32,000 nt of DNA from an uncultured archaeon (GTDB lineage Archaea > Iainarchaeota > Iainarchaeia > Iainarchaeales > CSSED10-239), in NCBI GenBank assembly GCA_964463155.1, contig CAYXAY010000001.1:30001-62000 (forward strand), given 5' to 3'. The notes under the pieces were generated by a model that was not told where the DNA came from, searched no databases, and saw nothing but the letters and a program-made list of their open reading frames with translations. Position 1 is the stretch's first letter. The number at the start of each line of letters is the position of its first letter. A program made the translations under genes and the position numbers. Positions 15,820 to 24,542 of this stretch are shown one piece after another.

Positions 15820-16403
15820 AATTAAATAACACTTATTTTCTTATGAGACACGGTCAGAGCCTTGCAAATATTAAACATCTAGTTATAAGTGATCCAAAAA
15901 ACGGTGTAAATCATTTTGGCCTGTCTGTTCTTGGTAAACTACAAGTACAAGATTCAATTTTAAAAAATAAAGATTTAAATAAAGACACAATAATCTATTC
16001 CTCTGATTTCAAGAGAGCAAGAGAAACAGCAGAGATTGTTAGTAAATTTTTAAAATCTAAAAAGCCAAATTTATCAAAGGCCTTAAGAGAAAGGCATCTT
16101 GGTGTTTATGAAAAAGGCAAAGACAACATATATCATAAACTCTGGGCAGAAGATATAAAAGGCAAGACTCTAAAAAGTTGCGAGAGTGTAAATTCGGTTG
16201 TTAAAAGAGTAAAAGCTTTTATAAACTATATAGAAAAAAAACAAAAAGGCAAGAGCATCTTATTGGTTGCTCATGGTGACATAATAAGTATTGGTTTATC
16301 TGTTCTTAATAATAAAGATGCGATATACCATCACAAGTTATTTTCAATTCTAAAAAATGCAGAAATAAAGAGAGCGAATACCACACACTTAAAAAGGCTT
16401 TGA
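15816..16403 (+). CDS. histidine phosphatase superfamily protein (phosphoglycerate mutase-like)
   Basis: YFLMRHGQSLAN (RHG catalytic motif) lies at the N-terminus, and LLVAHGD carries the second catalytic His. ATG 15816 overlaps the mnmA stop as ATGA. A GGAGG SD lies at 15802-15806. Confidence 0.7.
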   Translation: MKLNNTYFLMRHGQSLANIKHLVISDPKNGVNHFGLSVLGKLQVQDSILKNKDLNKDTIIYSSDFKRARETAEIVSKFLKSKKPNLSKALRERHLGVYEKGKDNIYHKLWAEDIKGKTLKSCESVNSVVKRVKAFINYIEKKQKGKSILLVAHGDIISIGLSVLNNKDAIYHHKLFSILKNAEIKRANTTHLKRL

Positions 16404-16478
16404 TTCCATATATATAATATTCTCTATGGATAGTTTTGGTAATAGATTAACTGTTTAGTTTATAATGTGGTGAATAAG

Positions 16479-17693
16479 ATGACAGAGAATATATTCTATA
16501 ATTTCTTAAATGAAAAGTCGGTTTTTACTGATAAGTCTAAAATTTCTCCACACTATGCCCCAGAAAAACTTCCTTTTAGAGACGAACAGATAAAGAATTT
16601 GTCTTTATGGCTTTCTCCAGTTCTTAAAAGATCAAAACCCCATAATATCTTTGTTTATGGCAAAGTAGGAACCGGAAAGACAACAGTTGTAAGACATGTT
16701 GTTTCTCAACTTGATTTGTTTGCAAAAGATCAACATCTGCCCCTAGTAAGTATTTATTTAAATTGTAGAAATTATCAAACCAAATATACAGTATTGGTAT
16801 ATTGTGTTCAATTATTTTATCCAGACCAAAATTTCTTTGGTTATTCCAGATCTTTTATCTATGATAAGTTTCTAACATATATAAAAGAGAATAAAATAAA
16901 CTTTGTAATAGTTCTTGACGAGATGGATAAAATAAAAGACAAAGAGATTGATGATTTGATATACACCTTGACAAGAGCAAATGACGAGCTTGAAGGCGGT
17001 TCTGTTTCAATTATTGGTATTTCAAACAATCTTTTTTTTAAAAACAATCTAGATTCAAGAACAAAAAGCACACTTTGTGAGCAAGAGGCCGTCTATCCTC
17101 CATACAATGCTGAGGAACTAAGAGACATACTTAGTCAAAGAATAGACATCGCTTTTAAAAAAGACGTTGTTAGTGATTCAGCAATTAATGCAGCAGCAGC
17201 AATTGCAGCAAAAGAATCAGGAGATGCAAGACGTGCAGTTATGTTACTTTTAAGGGCAGGAGAGATTGCAGATCTAAATGGCAATCCCAAAGTAACTGAC
17301 AAAGAAGTCTATGATGCTAAAGAAAAAGTTGAACAAGAGGTTATGAAAAGCATGGTTCTAACTCTTCCTGTTCAATTGCAACTGGTTCTTTTAGCTATTG
17401 CCCAAGGCTCATTAAAACCTAAAGGAGTTCTTGCAGTTACTGGTCAGTCAATGGATTCAAACATTCTTTATTCTGGAGAAATATATGACAAATATAATTC
17501 TCTTTGTGAAAAATATTCAGAAAAGGCAGTGACAATAAGGTGGTTTAGAGAATACATAACTGAACTAGAAACCTATGGCTTTATATCAACAACAATCTCA
17601 GGTAAAGGCGTTAAAGGAAACACCACACTAATAAGACTTGGAATAGACGCCCAAAGCATAATAGAGTTATTAAAGTCAGAATTCTCAGAATAG
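16479..17693 (+). CDS. cdc6: Orc1/Cdc6 replication initiator, paralogue 1
   Basis: It has Walker A VYGKVGTGKTT, Walker B VLDEMD, the sensor region GDARRAVMLLLRAG and a C-terminal winged helix. ATG 16479 is preferred over GTG 16467 because a GGTGA SD lies 5 nt upstream. Confidence 0.9.
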   Translation: MTENIFYNFLNEKSVFTDKSKISPHYAPEKLPFRDEQIKNLSLWLSPVLKRSKPHNIFVYGKVGTGKTTVVRHVVSQLDLFAKDQHLPLVSIYLNCRNYQTKYTVLVYCVQLFYPDQNFFGYSRSFIYDKFLTYIKENKINFVIVLDEMDKIKDKEIDDLIYTLTRANDELEGGSVSIIGISNNLFFKNNLDSRTKSTLCEQEAVYPPYNAEELRDILSQRIDIAFKKDVVSDSAINAAAAIAAKESGDARRAVMLLLRAGEIADLNGNPKVTDKEVYDAKEKVEQEVMKSMVLTLPVQLQLVLLAIAQGSLKPKGVLAVTGQSMDSNILYSGEIYDKYNSLCEKYSEKAVTIRWFREYITELETYGFISTTISGKGVKGNTTLIRLGIDAQSIIELLKSEFSE

Positions 17694-17756
17694 GCCATTT
17701 GGAGCAACAAAATCTATTTAAATATCTTTTTTTGCATATATTATTTGTGACTAGCT

Positions 17757-18296
17757 ATGGATGATTCTAAAAAGATTCTAGACCCTATAAGGGTAAAAAT
17801 TTTATCTTCTATGAGAAAAGAGAGAGTGTTAGTTCCAAATATCAGGCAATTAAAAAAACACACCGGCTTTCACAGAGCAACAATAAAGTCATCAATTGAC
17901 TTTATGGAAAAGCAAGGGTTAATCAAACATTACATTCCATCATTAAACGCATCAATTGCAGGTTATGGTCTAAGGGTCTGGACATATCTTCAAATGGATA
18001 TCTCAAATAAAAAAACAAATGTAAATCTAAGAAAAATAGTAACATCAATACCAAATGTCTATCATTGTTCAGAAGTCATTACAGAAAAAGGATACAATAT
18101 AGCAATAGGCTATCTTGCAAAAAACGTTGAAGATTATTACAATAATGTTCAAAGACAATATTTTTATAATTCACCAGAAGTATACGACCTAGTAAAAGAA
18201 AGAACAGTATTTTATCTTTCTGATCCCACCTATGTCCAGAAAAGCCACAGCAGCACTTTGATTGATATTCTTGAAAAAGAACAAGGAATAGAATAA
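17757..18296 (+). CDS. winged-helix transcriptional regulator, Lrp/AsnC-like architecture
   Basis: 179 aa. The N-terminal HTH is IRQLKKHTGFHRATIKSSIDFMEKQGLIK. An alpha/beta domain follows (VWTYLQMDIS...IPNVYHCSEVITEKGYNIAIGYLAKNVEDY) that resembles the RAM/AsnC_trans_reg fold. Family assignment is tentative. Confidence 0.45.
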   Translation: MDDSKKILDPIRVKILSSMRKERVLVPNIRQLKKHTGFHRATIKSSIDFMEKQGLIKHYIPSLNASIAGYGLRVWTYLQMDISNKKTNVNLRKIVTSIPNVYHCSEVITEKGYNIAIGYLAKNVEDYYNNVQRQYFYNSPEVYDLVKERTVFYLSDPTYVQKSHSSTLIDILEKEQGIE

Positions 18297-18299
18297 TAT

Positions 18300-19100
18300 A
18301 TGGAAATAGAAATTAATTATGAATTATCTGCAGGAAAGAATGCAGAAAACAAATACAAGGGTAGAAACAGATATCTAGAAAAGATTAAAGGAATAGATAA
18401 AGCCCTAGAGATAACCAAACAAAAGACGTGTCTACTAGAGAAAGCTAAAGAAAAAAAGCCAAAGTTTGAGATTAAGAAAAAAGAAGAAAGAACAAAAGAA
18501 TGGTATGAAAAATTCAACTGGTTTTTTACAACAAATGGTTTTTTAGTGATTGCAGGACGTGATGCAAAGAATAATGAGCAGCTTGTAAAAAAGCATTTCT
18601 CAGTTAACGACCTTTATTTTCACGCAGATATCCATGGTGCACCCCACATAGTTATTCAAAACCCTAAAAACCTAGAGATTAAAGATATTGACAAACAAGA
18701 AGCAGCAAACTTTGCTGCCATTCATTCTTCTGCTTGGTCAAGCGGGATCTTTTCTGTTGATGTTTATTCTGTTGGCTATGGCCAAGTGTCTAAGACCGCA
18801 GGTTCTGGAGAGTCTCTTGGTACGGGTGCTTTTGTTATAAGAGGCAAAAGAGAATATTATAAAAAAATCAATCTTGAAATTGCTGTTAGTTTTGACAACA
18901 AAAGAAAAGTTGTAATTGCAGGTCCGGTATCTGCAGTTTCAGTAGTATCCAAAGATTTCTTTGTTTTGGTTCCGGGAAAGACCAAAAAATCAGATATATG
19001 TAAAGAGCTAAAGGAAAGATTTTCAAAGAAAAACATTTCTCTTTCTGTTGATGAAGTAATGTCGAACCTCCCACCAGGAGATTGTGATATAAAGGTATAA
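18300..19100 (+). CDS. NFACT-R (DUF814) domain protein, short Rqc2/NEMF-related form
   Basis: 266 aa. A coiled-coil N-terminus is followed by WFFTTNGFLVIAGRDAKNNEQLVKKHFSVNDLYFHADIHGAPHIVI, the NFACT-R signature. The NFACT-N domain is absent. Confidence 0.7.
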   Translation: MEIEINYELSAGKNAENKYKGRNRYLEKIKGIDKALEITKQKTCLLEKAKEKKPKFEIKKKEERTKEWYEKFNWFFTTNGFLVIAGRDAKNNEQLVKKHFSVNDLYFHADIHGAPHIVIQNPKNLEIKDIDKQEAANFAAIHSSAWSSGIFSVDVYSVGYGQVSKTAGSGESLGTGAFVIRGKREYYKKINLEIAVSFDNKRKVVIAGPVSAVSVVSKDFFVLVPGKTKKSDICKELKERFSKKNISLSVDEVMSNLPPGDCDIKV

Positions 19101-19560
19101 AAAGCAATTGTAAATAAATTATTTAGTGATAATCGCGGCTTCAAGAAACACAGAGCTTTTTAAAACGCAAAAACAAATAAGGTAAGCCGTTGACGATAAT
19201 GTGATGACAGAAAGACAAGCGATAAATCATCTTAATAAGATTAACCTACAACTGAAAAAAGAAAAAGGCACATATCAAGAAGCTCTTGCAGTAATGCACA
19301 CACAAACAAAAATTCTGAATTCTAGGAAACTATAAAAAGATTTCCAGATAGCTTTCAAAAAAACATAAAAATCGCTTTTAAAAATTCTAAGTTTACCTAT
19401 TCAGATTATAGAAAATATTTATTACCAGTTGTAGATAGACTTGACACCAACATTAATTAATTATCTACAGAAATAGAGTTTAGAAAAAAAAGCAGTCTTA
19501 AAACCAAAATCTGTTTCTAAAAGAGAAATAAAAAGAAAATATTTTGCTAAATTGTTTTTT

Positions 19561-20169
19561 CTAAAATATACCTGTAAAGAAAATCAATATTACTGGTATT
19601 GCTATTAATATTCCCCAGACAAGAGGATTCCATCTCATTATTTTTGCACCATCAAGTGGTCCAAACGGTATAAGATTAAAGAAAGCAATCCACAGATTAA
19701 TAAAAACACCGTAACTAACAATCAACAATGGCGCCCCAAAGATTGCTGCAATAAAAAACAAAAATGCCATTATAAGATTTGATACAGGCCCAGCAACAGA
19801 AATTATTCCGTCTTCTTTAACACTATGGCTTTTCCCAAAGATATAAACCGCCCCAGGAGCAACAAAAACTAATCCTAGAAGTCCAGCTAGAGTAATCCCT
19901 GCCAAAAGAAAAACCGGCCACATAACAAATCTTGCTTGTGCCCCCAGATGTATCCCAGTATATTTGTGTGCCATTTCATGCACAATAAAGCTTGTTGCAG
20001 TGATAAGCAGGCTTAGCCCAAACTGTGTGAAAAAACCACTCCAGGTAAAAACAAACTGCTTGGTCGTTAGATAATCTAAAAGGCTATAGTTGCCAAGAAC
20101 AATTGTAAAACATAACGATATTGTAAGCCACGCAATTATTAAATCAAAAATTTCGGAATGCTGTTTCAT
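19561..20169 (-). CDS. site-2 protease family (M50) intramembrane metalloprotease
   Basis: 202 aa polytopic protein with HEMAHK (HExxH) in a TM helix and NLIPFGPLDG (NxxPxxxLDG). Confidence 0.8.
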   Translation of the reverse strand: MKQHSEIFDLIIAWLTISLCFTIVLGNYSLLDYLTTKQFVFTWSGFFTQFGLSLLITATSFIVHEMAHKYTGIHLGAQARFVMWPVFLLAGITLAGLLGLVFVAPGAVYIFGKSHSVKEDGIISVAGPVSNLIMAFLFFIAAIFGAPLLIVSYGVFINLWIAFFNLIPFGPLDGAKIMRWNPLVWGILIAIPVILIFFTGIF

Positions 20170-20171
20170 GT

Positions 20172-20921
20172 TTATTCTTTCTTTAAAATTATTTTATTAA
20201 AATTATTGTTTATCTTTTCTTTTAGTTCTTCTAAATCAATATTATTTTCTTTTGATAAAACCTCATATGATTTTTTTATATCAGTTATTGCTATTGGTTT
20301 TCCGTCAACGGAAATAGGATAATCTGTTTCTATAAAAATCTGATTTAAGTAGTCATTAATATTATGTATGCTTGGTTTATTAAATCTGATTGTTAGATAG
20401 TATTTTCTATCAAGTGCGGTTTCTATTTCTTTTTCACTTCCAGTAAACCAATGCAAGATAATTGGGAATCCGTCCCTGCTTTCAAGGATTTCAAGAACTG
20501 GCCCTGTCGCATATCTTGAGTGTACAATTACTGGCAGATTGTTCTCTTTAGCAATATCTAGTTGTTTTTCAAAAACAATTTTTTGCTCTCTTCTAAGCTC
20601 AAAATCGTTTGTAACCTTGTAATCTAAACCTATCTCTCCAATCGCCACAATTTTGTTTGTGTCTTCAAAGATTATTTCTAGGTAATTAAGTGTGTCTTTT
20701 AATCCCTCTCTAACAACAACATCAGGACAAAGTCCATAGGCAAAATAAAGTCCAGGTATATTTTCTTTTCTAAAGTTTTCAAGTTTTCTATAGCTTTCAA
20801 TATCAGCATTGTTAGCCACCGCAAGTATTTCTTCTTTTAAAAAGGTTTCCTTAAGATACTCCAAAGACAATTTATCATAATGACAATGAATGTCTATGAA
20901 TTTTAAATCTTTATTCTCCAT
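20172..20921 (-). CDS. tatD: TatD-family metal-dependent hydrolase
   Basis: 249 aa. It has FIDIHCHY (HxH), GEIGLDY, PVIVHSR, ILHWFTGS and ETDYP boxes in TatD order. Confidence 0.8.
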   Translation of the reverse strand: MENKDLKFIDIHCHYDKLSLEYLKETFLKEEILAVANNADIESYRKLENFRKENIPGLYFAYGLCPDVVVREGLKDTLNYLEIIFEDTNKIVAIGEIGLDYKVTNDFELRREQKIVFEKQLDIAKENNLPVIVHSRYATGPVLEILESRDGFPIILHWFTGSEKEIETALDRKYYLTIRFNKPSIHNINDYLNQIFIETDYPISVDGKPIAITDIKKSYEVLSKENNIDLEELKEKINNNFNKIILKKE

Positions 20922-20951
20922 ATATAATATATGACTATACTTAATTTTAAA
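20901..20951. promoter_or_regulatory. interleaved divergent promoter region of tatD and the methyltransferase gene
   Basis: The two start codons are 9 bp apart (CAT 20919-20921, ATG 20931-20933). TTTTAAAT at 20901-20908 sits about 27 nt upstream of ATG 20931. TTTAAAATTAA (reverse strand of 20941-20951) sits about 25 nt upstream of the tatD start. Both lie inside the partner gene. Confidence 0.35.
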
Positions 20952-21560
20952 GACTATAGTTTAGACATTCCTGCAAGAGTCTATCTTCCAAGCGATGACA
21001 CTGATTTAATGATAGAGGTTTTAGAAGAAGAGATAATAAAACCAAACAAGCATTTTAGGTCAGCAATAGAGATTGGTTCGGGTAATGCCTTCTTGTCTTT
21101 GGAGATTTATCCACAAGTAGATGAATTAATTTCTACAGACATCAATCCGGTAGCCGTTGATTATCTTTTAAATGTTAAGGAAAAGTATAATCTAGAAAAG
21201 CAAAAAATAGTTTATTCAAATCTTTTTGATTCTGTTGGAGATAAGAAATTTGACTTAATAGTCTTTAACCCGCCATATGTTCCATCAGGAGAAATTCTTG
21301 ATGAGGACGATGACGAGATTAATGGTTATGATTTGGCGATTAATGGTGGCGAAAATGGAAGAGAAATTATTAATAAATTCATAAAACAGCTTCCAGAGCA
21401 CTTGGCAGACAAAGGAGTTTGTTATCTTTTAGTGTCTTCTCAAAACGACCCGCTTGATGTTATAGAAAATCTAAAATTAGAAAACCTAAAGTCAGAAATA
21501 ATTCTTTCAAAAAAGATTTTTTTTGAAGAATTATTTGTTATTAAGATTACAAGGAAATAA
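20931..21560 (+). CDS. HemK/Mtq2-like N5-glutamine (release factor) methyltransferase
   Basis: 209 aa. It has VYLPSDDTDLMIEVL, the SAM-binding EIGSGNAF and the catalytic VFNPPYVP (NPPY). Confidence 0.75.
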   Translation: MTILNFKDYSLDIPARVYLPSDDTDLMIEVLEEEIIKPNKHFRSAIEIGSGNAFLSLEIYPQVDELISTDINPVAVDYLLNVKEKYNLEKQKIVYSNLFDSVGDKKFDLIVFNPPYVPSGEILDEDDDEINGYDLAINGGENGREIINKFIKQLPEHLADKGVCYLLVSSQNDPLDVIENLKLENLKSEIILSKKIFFEELFVIKITRK

Positions 21561-21564
21561 AATT

Positions 21565-22671
21565 ATGCCAGCAAATGTAAGTTATGAGTATGTGGCTGCC
21601 CAAAAGAAATATGATGAGGCAAAGACCGATGAAGAGAAATTGATAGCTCTTCAAGGAATGCTTTCTGCAGCCCCCACTCACAAAGGCTCTGAAAATATGC
21701 GCAGAGATATTAGTAAAAGAATATCAGAGTTAAAAATAAAAATGGAAAAAAGAGCAGCTGCTCTTAAAAAAACAGGACATTCAATAGGCATAAAAAAAGA
21801 AGGGGCGGGTCAAGTAGTTATTGTCGGGCTTGCAAATTCTGGCAAAAGCACATTTCTTACAAAATTTACAAATGCAAAACCAGTAATCGCCCCCTACCCT
21901 TACACAACAACAAAGCCAGAGGTTGGCGTCCTCAACTACGGTGGCGCATTAATCCAACTAGTTGAGATTCCGTCTTTTCTAGAATCTAAAGAAATGTCAA
22001 ACCAAATATTTTCAATAGTCAGAAGTGCTGACGCCATAATTCTTACAATCCCAAACAACGACAAAACACACAGAGATAAATTAATACAACTTCTAGAATC
22101 CCAAGATATCTATGTCACGAGACCAAAACCAAAAGTTGATTTCAACAAAAGCCAATATCCCGGAATAACATTTATCAATGAGCAAAACCTAATGGTTCCT
22201 AAAGAACAAGCAATCTCTTTGTTAAAAGATTCAGGCTATCGTTCACACACAGTAATTCTTGGACAAAAGACAACCCGTAACGACCTTTTACTATTAATTA
22301 ATCCACGAGCAGTCTACCATCCAGCAATCATGATTTTTATGCCTTTTACAAAAGACAAACCAGAAACAAATATTTACAAAAACATAAAACCATTTGATTT
22401 CAAAGCTGAAACAAAGATTACAGAGGAAATTTTCAAGATGGTAAACAAAATTATAGTCTACACAAAAAAACCAGGGCAAAAAGCAGACCTGACAGATCCT
22501 CTGGTTCTTGAAAAAGGAACAACAGTTAAAGTTGCAGCAAAGCAAATACACAAATCCATCTCAAAAGAGCTAAAATCAGCAAAGGTCTGGGGCAGCACAA
22601 GGTTTCCTGGCCAAAATGTTTCAAAGGATTATCAACTTCAAGACAAAGACATAGTTGAATTTGTAGCTTAA
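21565..22671 (+). CDS. DRG/Obg-family GTPase with C-terminal TGS domain
   Basis: It has G1 GLANSGKST, YPYTTTKPEVGVL (G2 region) and a C-terminal TGS-like VYTKKPG...LEKGTTVKVAAKQIHKSI...AKVWG. The start is set at ATG 21565 (MPANVSYEYV), 4 nt after the upstream stop, not at the track start 21523. Confidence 0.85.
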   Translation: MPANVSYEYVAAQKKYDEAKTDEEKLIALQGMLSAAPTHKGSENMRRDISKRISELKIKMEKRAAALKKTGHSIGIKKEGAGQVVIVGLANSGKSTFLTKFTNAKPVIAPYPYTTTKPEVGVLNYGGALIQLVEIPSFLESKEMSNQIFSIVRSADAIILTIPNNDKTHRDKLIQLLESQDIYVTRPKPKVDFNKSQYPGITFINEQNLMVPKEQAISLLKDSGYRSHTVILGQKTTRNDLLLLINPRAVYHPAIMIFMPFTKDKPETNIYKNIKPFDFKAETKITEEIFKMVNKIIVYTKKPGQKADLTDPLVLEKGTTVKVAAKQIHKSISKELKSAKVWGSTRFPGQNVSKDYQLQDKDIVEFVA

Positions 22672-22768
22672 ATCAGTTCTGTTTCTTAAAAAACAACATT
22701 TATAAAAGAAATACACATATATTATTTTAGAAAAATATATTTTATGAATAGTTATAATTAGGTAAAAA

Positions 22769-23659
22769 ATGCCGACAACAAAAAAAGACACAAATGTAAA
22801 GGCAGATACAAATTTAGAAGAAAAACTATACAAGCTATTCCTTCCAATAACTGACAGTTTTAAATCCAAAGAACTTGAAGAAAAGTTAATGCAAGCAGAC
22901 ATACAGGAAGAGTTGCCAAATTATCTATCCAAATATTTATTTTACGCATTATTTATACCCTTGTTGTTCATAATACTTGGAACAATAGTATTAATTGCCC
23001 TTGACCAGGTAAGCTATCTAAAGATATTGTTTGTAATTTGTTTTATTTCAATGTTTGGAATATTGATTTATGCAATAATTAATCCATATTTGATGGTCAG
23101 TACAAAAGTAGGTAACATAAAAAACAATCTGTCTCTTGCAATTCTTAGCATGTCAAGTGTTGCAGAGTCTAGTGCTCCGCCAGAAGCGATGTTTCACACA
23201 ACTGCATTAAAAACAGAAACGCCACATATTGGAAAAGAGTTTGAGAAAATAAACAGATATATGGATTTAGGATTGTCACTTCCTGAAGCAATAAACCAAT
23301 TATGTAATAAAACCCCGTCTGCAGATCTTAAAAAATTTCTAACAGAATTAAACTCAAACATAGAAGCCGGTGGATCGTTGTCTGAATTCATGAAAAAAAA
23401 AGCAGAGCATGCTCAGTTCACTTACAAATTAATGCTTGATAACCTAAACAAGAAAGCAGAAACATTTGGGGACATTTATTCAGCAATAGTTATTGCAGGT
23501 CCTTTATTTCTTTTCTCATCAATCATGCTTTTGGGTATGATTGGAGGGGGTACTGGACTAGCGGGGCTTAGTATTGAGGCGCTATTGGTTATCGGAATCT
23601 TTGGGATAGTTCCATTAATCAATATTTTTTTTATAATAATTTTACAATTGGCAGCATAG
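22769..23659 (+). CDS. type IV pilus/archaellum platform protein, single T2SSF domain (FlaJ/TadB-like, part 1)
   Basis: 296 aa. A cytoplasmic T2SSF helical domain (LSLAILSMSSVAESSAPPEAMF...GLSLPEAINQLCNKTPSADLKKFLTELNSNIEAGGSLSEFMKKKAE) is flanked by TM helices. Confidence 0.75.
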   Translation: MPTTKKDTNVKADTNLEEKLYKLFLPITDSFKSKELEEKLMQADIQEELPNYLSKYLFYALFIPLLFIILGTIVLIALDQVSYLKILFVICFISMFGILIYAIINPYLMVSTKVGNIKNNLSLAILSMSSVAESSAPPEAMFHTTALKTETPHIGKEFEKINRYMDLGLSLPEAINQLCNKTPSADLKKFLTELNSNIEAGGSLSEFMKKKAEHAQFTYKLMLDNLNKKAETFGDIYSAIVIAGPLFLFSSIMLLGMIGGGTGLAGLSIEALLVIGIFGIVPLINIFFIIILQLAA

Positions 23660-23669
23660 GAGAAAAACA

Positions 23670-24485
23670 ATGAAATTTAATCCAAGAATTGAATATTTGC
23701 TAGATGCGGCAGCAAAAGGAGCAATAGGTTCACTAATACTTGGAATAATTCTATTAAATACAAAATTTTTCATATTCTGTATCTTTCCAGTTGTAATAGC
23801 AATTGGAGTAGCATCAATACTTTACACAAAGAAACTAAGGTCTCTTGAAAGCAATCTTTTTGTTTTCTTAGATGATTTAAAGGACTTATTACAAGGCGGT
23901 ATGAACATTGTCACAGCAATGGAAATAATTTCAGAACACGATTATGGCGCATTAAATCCTTATCTAAAAAGAATTGCAGCACAAGTCAAGATTGGTATTC
24001 CGTTTGATGTTTCATTAGTGGAGGTGTTTTCAGAAGTTGACAGTCCATTGTTCAATAATATTGCAAATGTAATCTCAGAAACAATGAAATATGGTGGAAA
24101 CCTCATAAAAATTTTTGGAGCAGTTTCAAATTATGTAAAACTGATTGATGAGATGGGTGAGGAAAGAAGAGCAAAAACATTTTCAACGGTATTTTCTTCA
24201 TATTTCATGTTTTTTATTTTTATTGCAATTATCCTTACTATCCAAATAGTATTTCTGCCGATGCTTCAATCAAATCAAATAAGTACATCACCAGGCACAT
24301 CCATTTCAGATATTAACTTTAATGCATATTTCCTTTATCTCTTGATTATTCAAGCAGGCTTTGCTGGTCCAATAATAGGTAAGATTTCTGAAGGAAACTC
24401 AATAGCAGGAATAAAACATTCAATTATATTACTGGTAATCTCAATACCAATCTATGTGTTGATTTCAATGTTATTTGTAAAATAA
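23670..24485 (+). CDS. type IV pilus/archaellum platform protein, single T2SSF domain (FlaJ/TadC-like, part 2)
   Basis: 271 aa. It has a second T2SSF-like domain (LLQGGMNIVTAMEIISEHDYGALNPYLKRIAAQVKIGIPFDVSLVEVF...ISETMKYGGNL) with flanking TMs. An AGGAG SD lies at 23658-23662, 7 nt before the ATG and 10 nt after the upstream stop. Confidence 0.7.
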   Translation: MKFNPRIEYLLDAAAKGAIGSLILGIILLNTKFFIFCIFPVVIAIGVASILYTKKLRSLESNLFVFLDDLKDLLQGGMNIVTAMEIISEHDYGALNPYLKRIAAQVKIGIPFDVSLVEVFSEVDSPLFNNIANVISETMKYGGNLIKIFGAVSNYVKLIDEMGEERRAKTFSTVFSSYFMFFIFIAIILTIQIVFLPMLQSNQISTSPGTSISDINFNAYFLYLLIIQAGFAGPIIGKISEGNSIAGIKHSIILLVISIPIYVLISMLFVK

Positions 24486-24490
24486 GGTTA

Positions 24491-24527
24491 AGTTTATATA
24501 AATATATGAAATATATATTAATAGGAG
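24491..24527 (+). promoter_or_regulatory. promoter/leader region of the first pilin gene (TATA-like boxes and AGGAG)
   Basis: It contains TTTATATAAA (24493-24502), ATATATATTAA (about 24510-24520) and AGGAG (24523-27). Which TATA element is used cannot be decided from sequence. Confidence 0.35.
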
Positions 24528-24542
24528 AAATAATGGGATAAT

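Noticed and set aside
19201-19255. Possible C/D box sRNA: GTGATGA (C box) at 19201 and CTGA (D box) at 19252, 55 nt overall
   Set aside because: No credible internal D-prime or C-prime boxes occur at the expected spacing, and no terminal complementary stem is present. The element coincides with the start of a small ORF. Both words are short enough to occur by chance.
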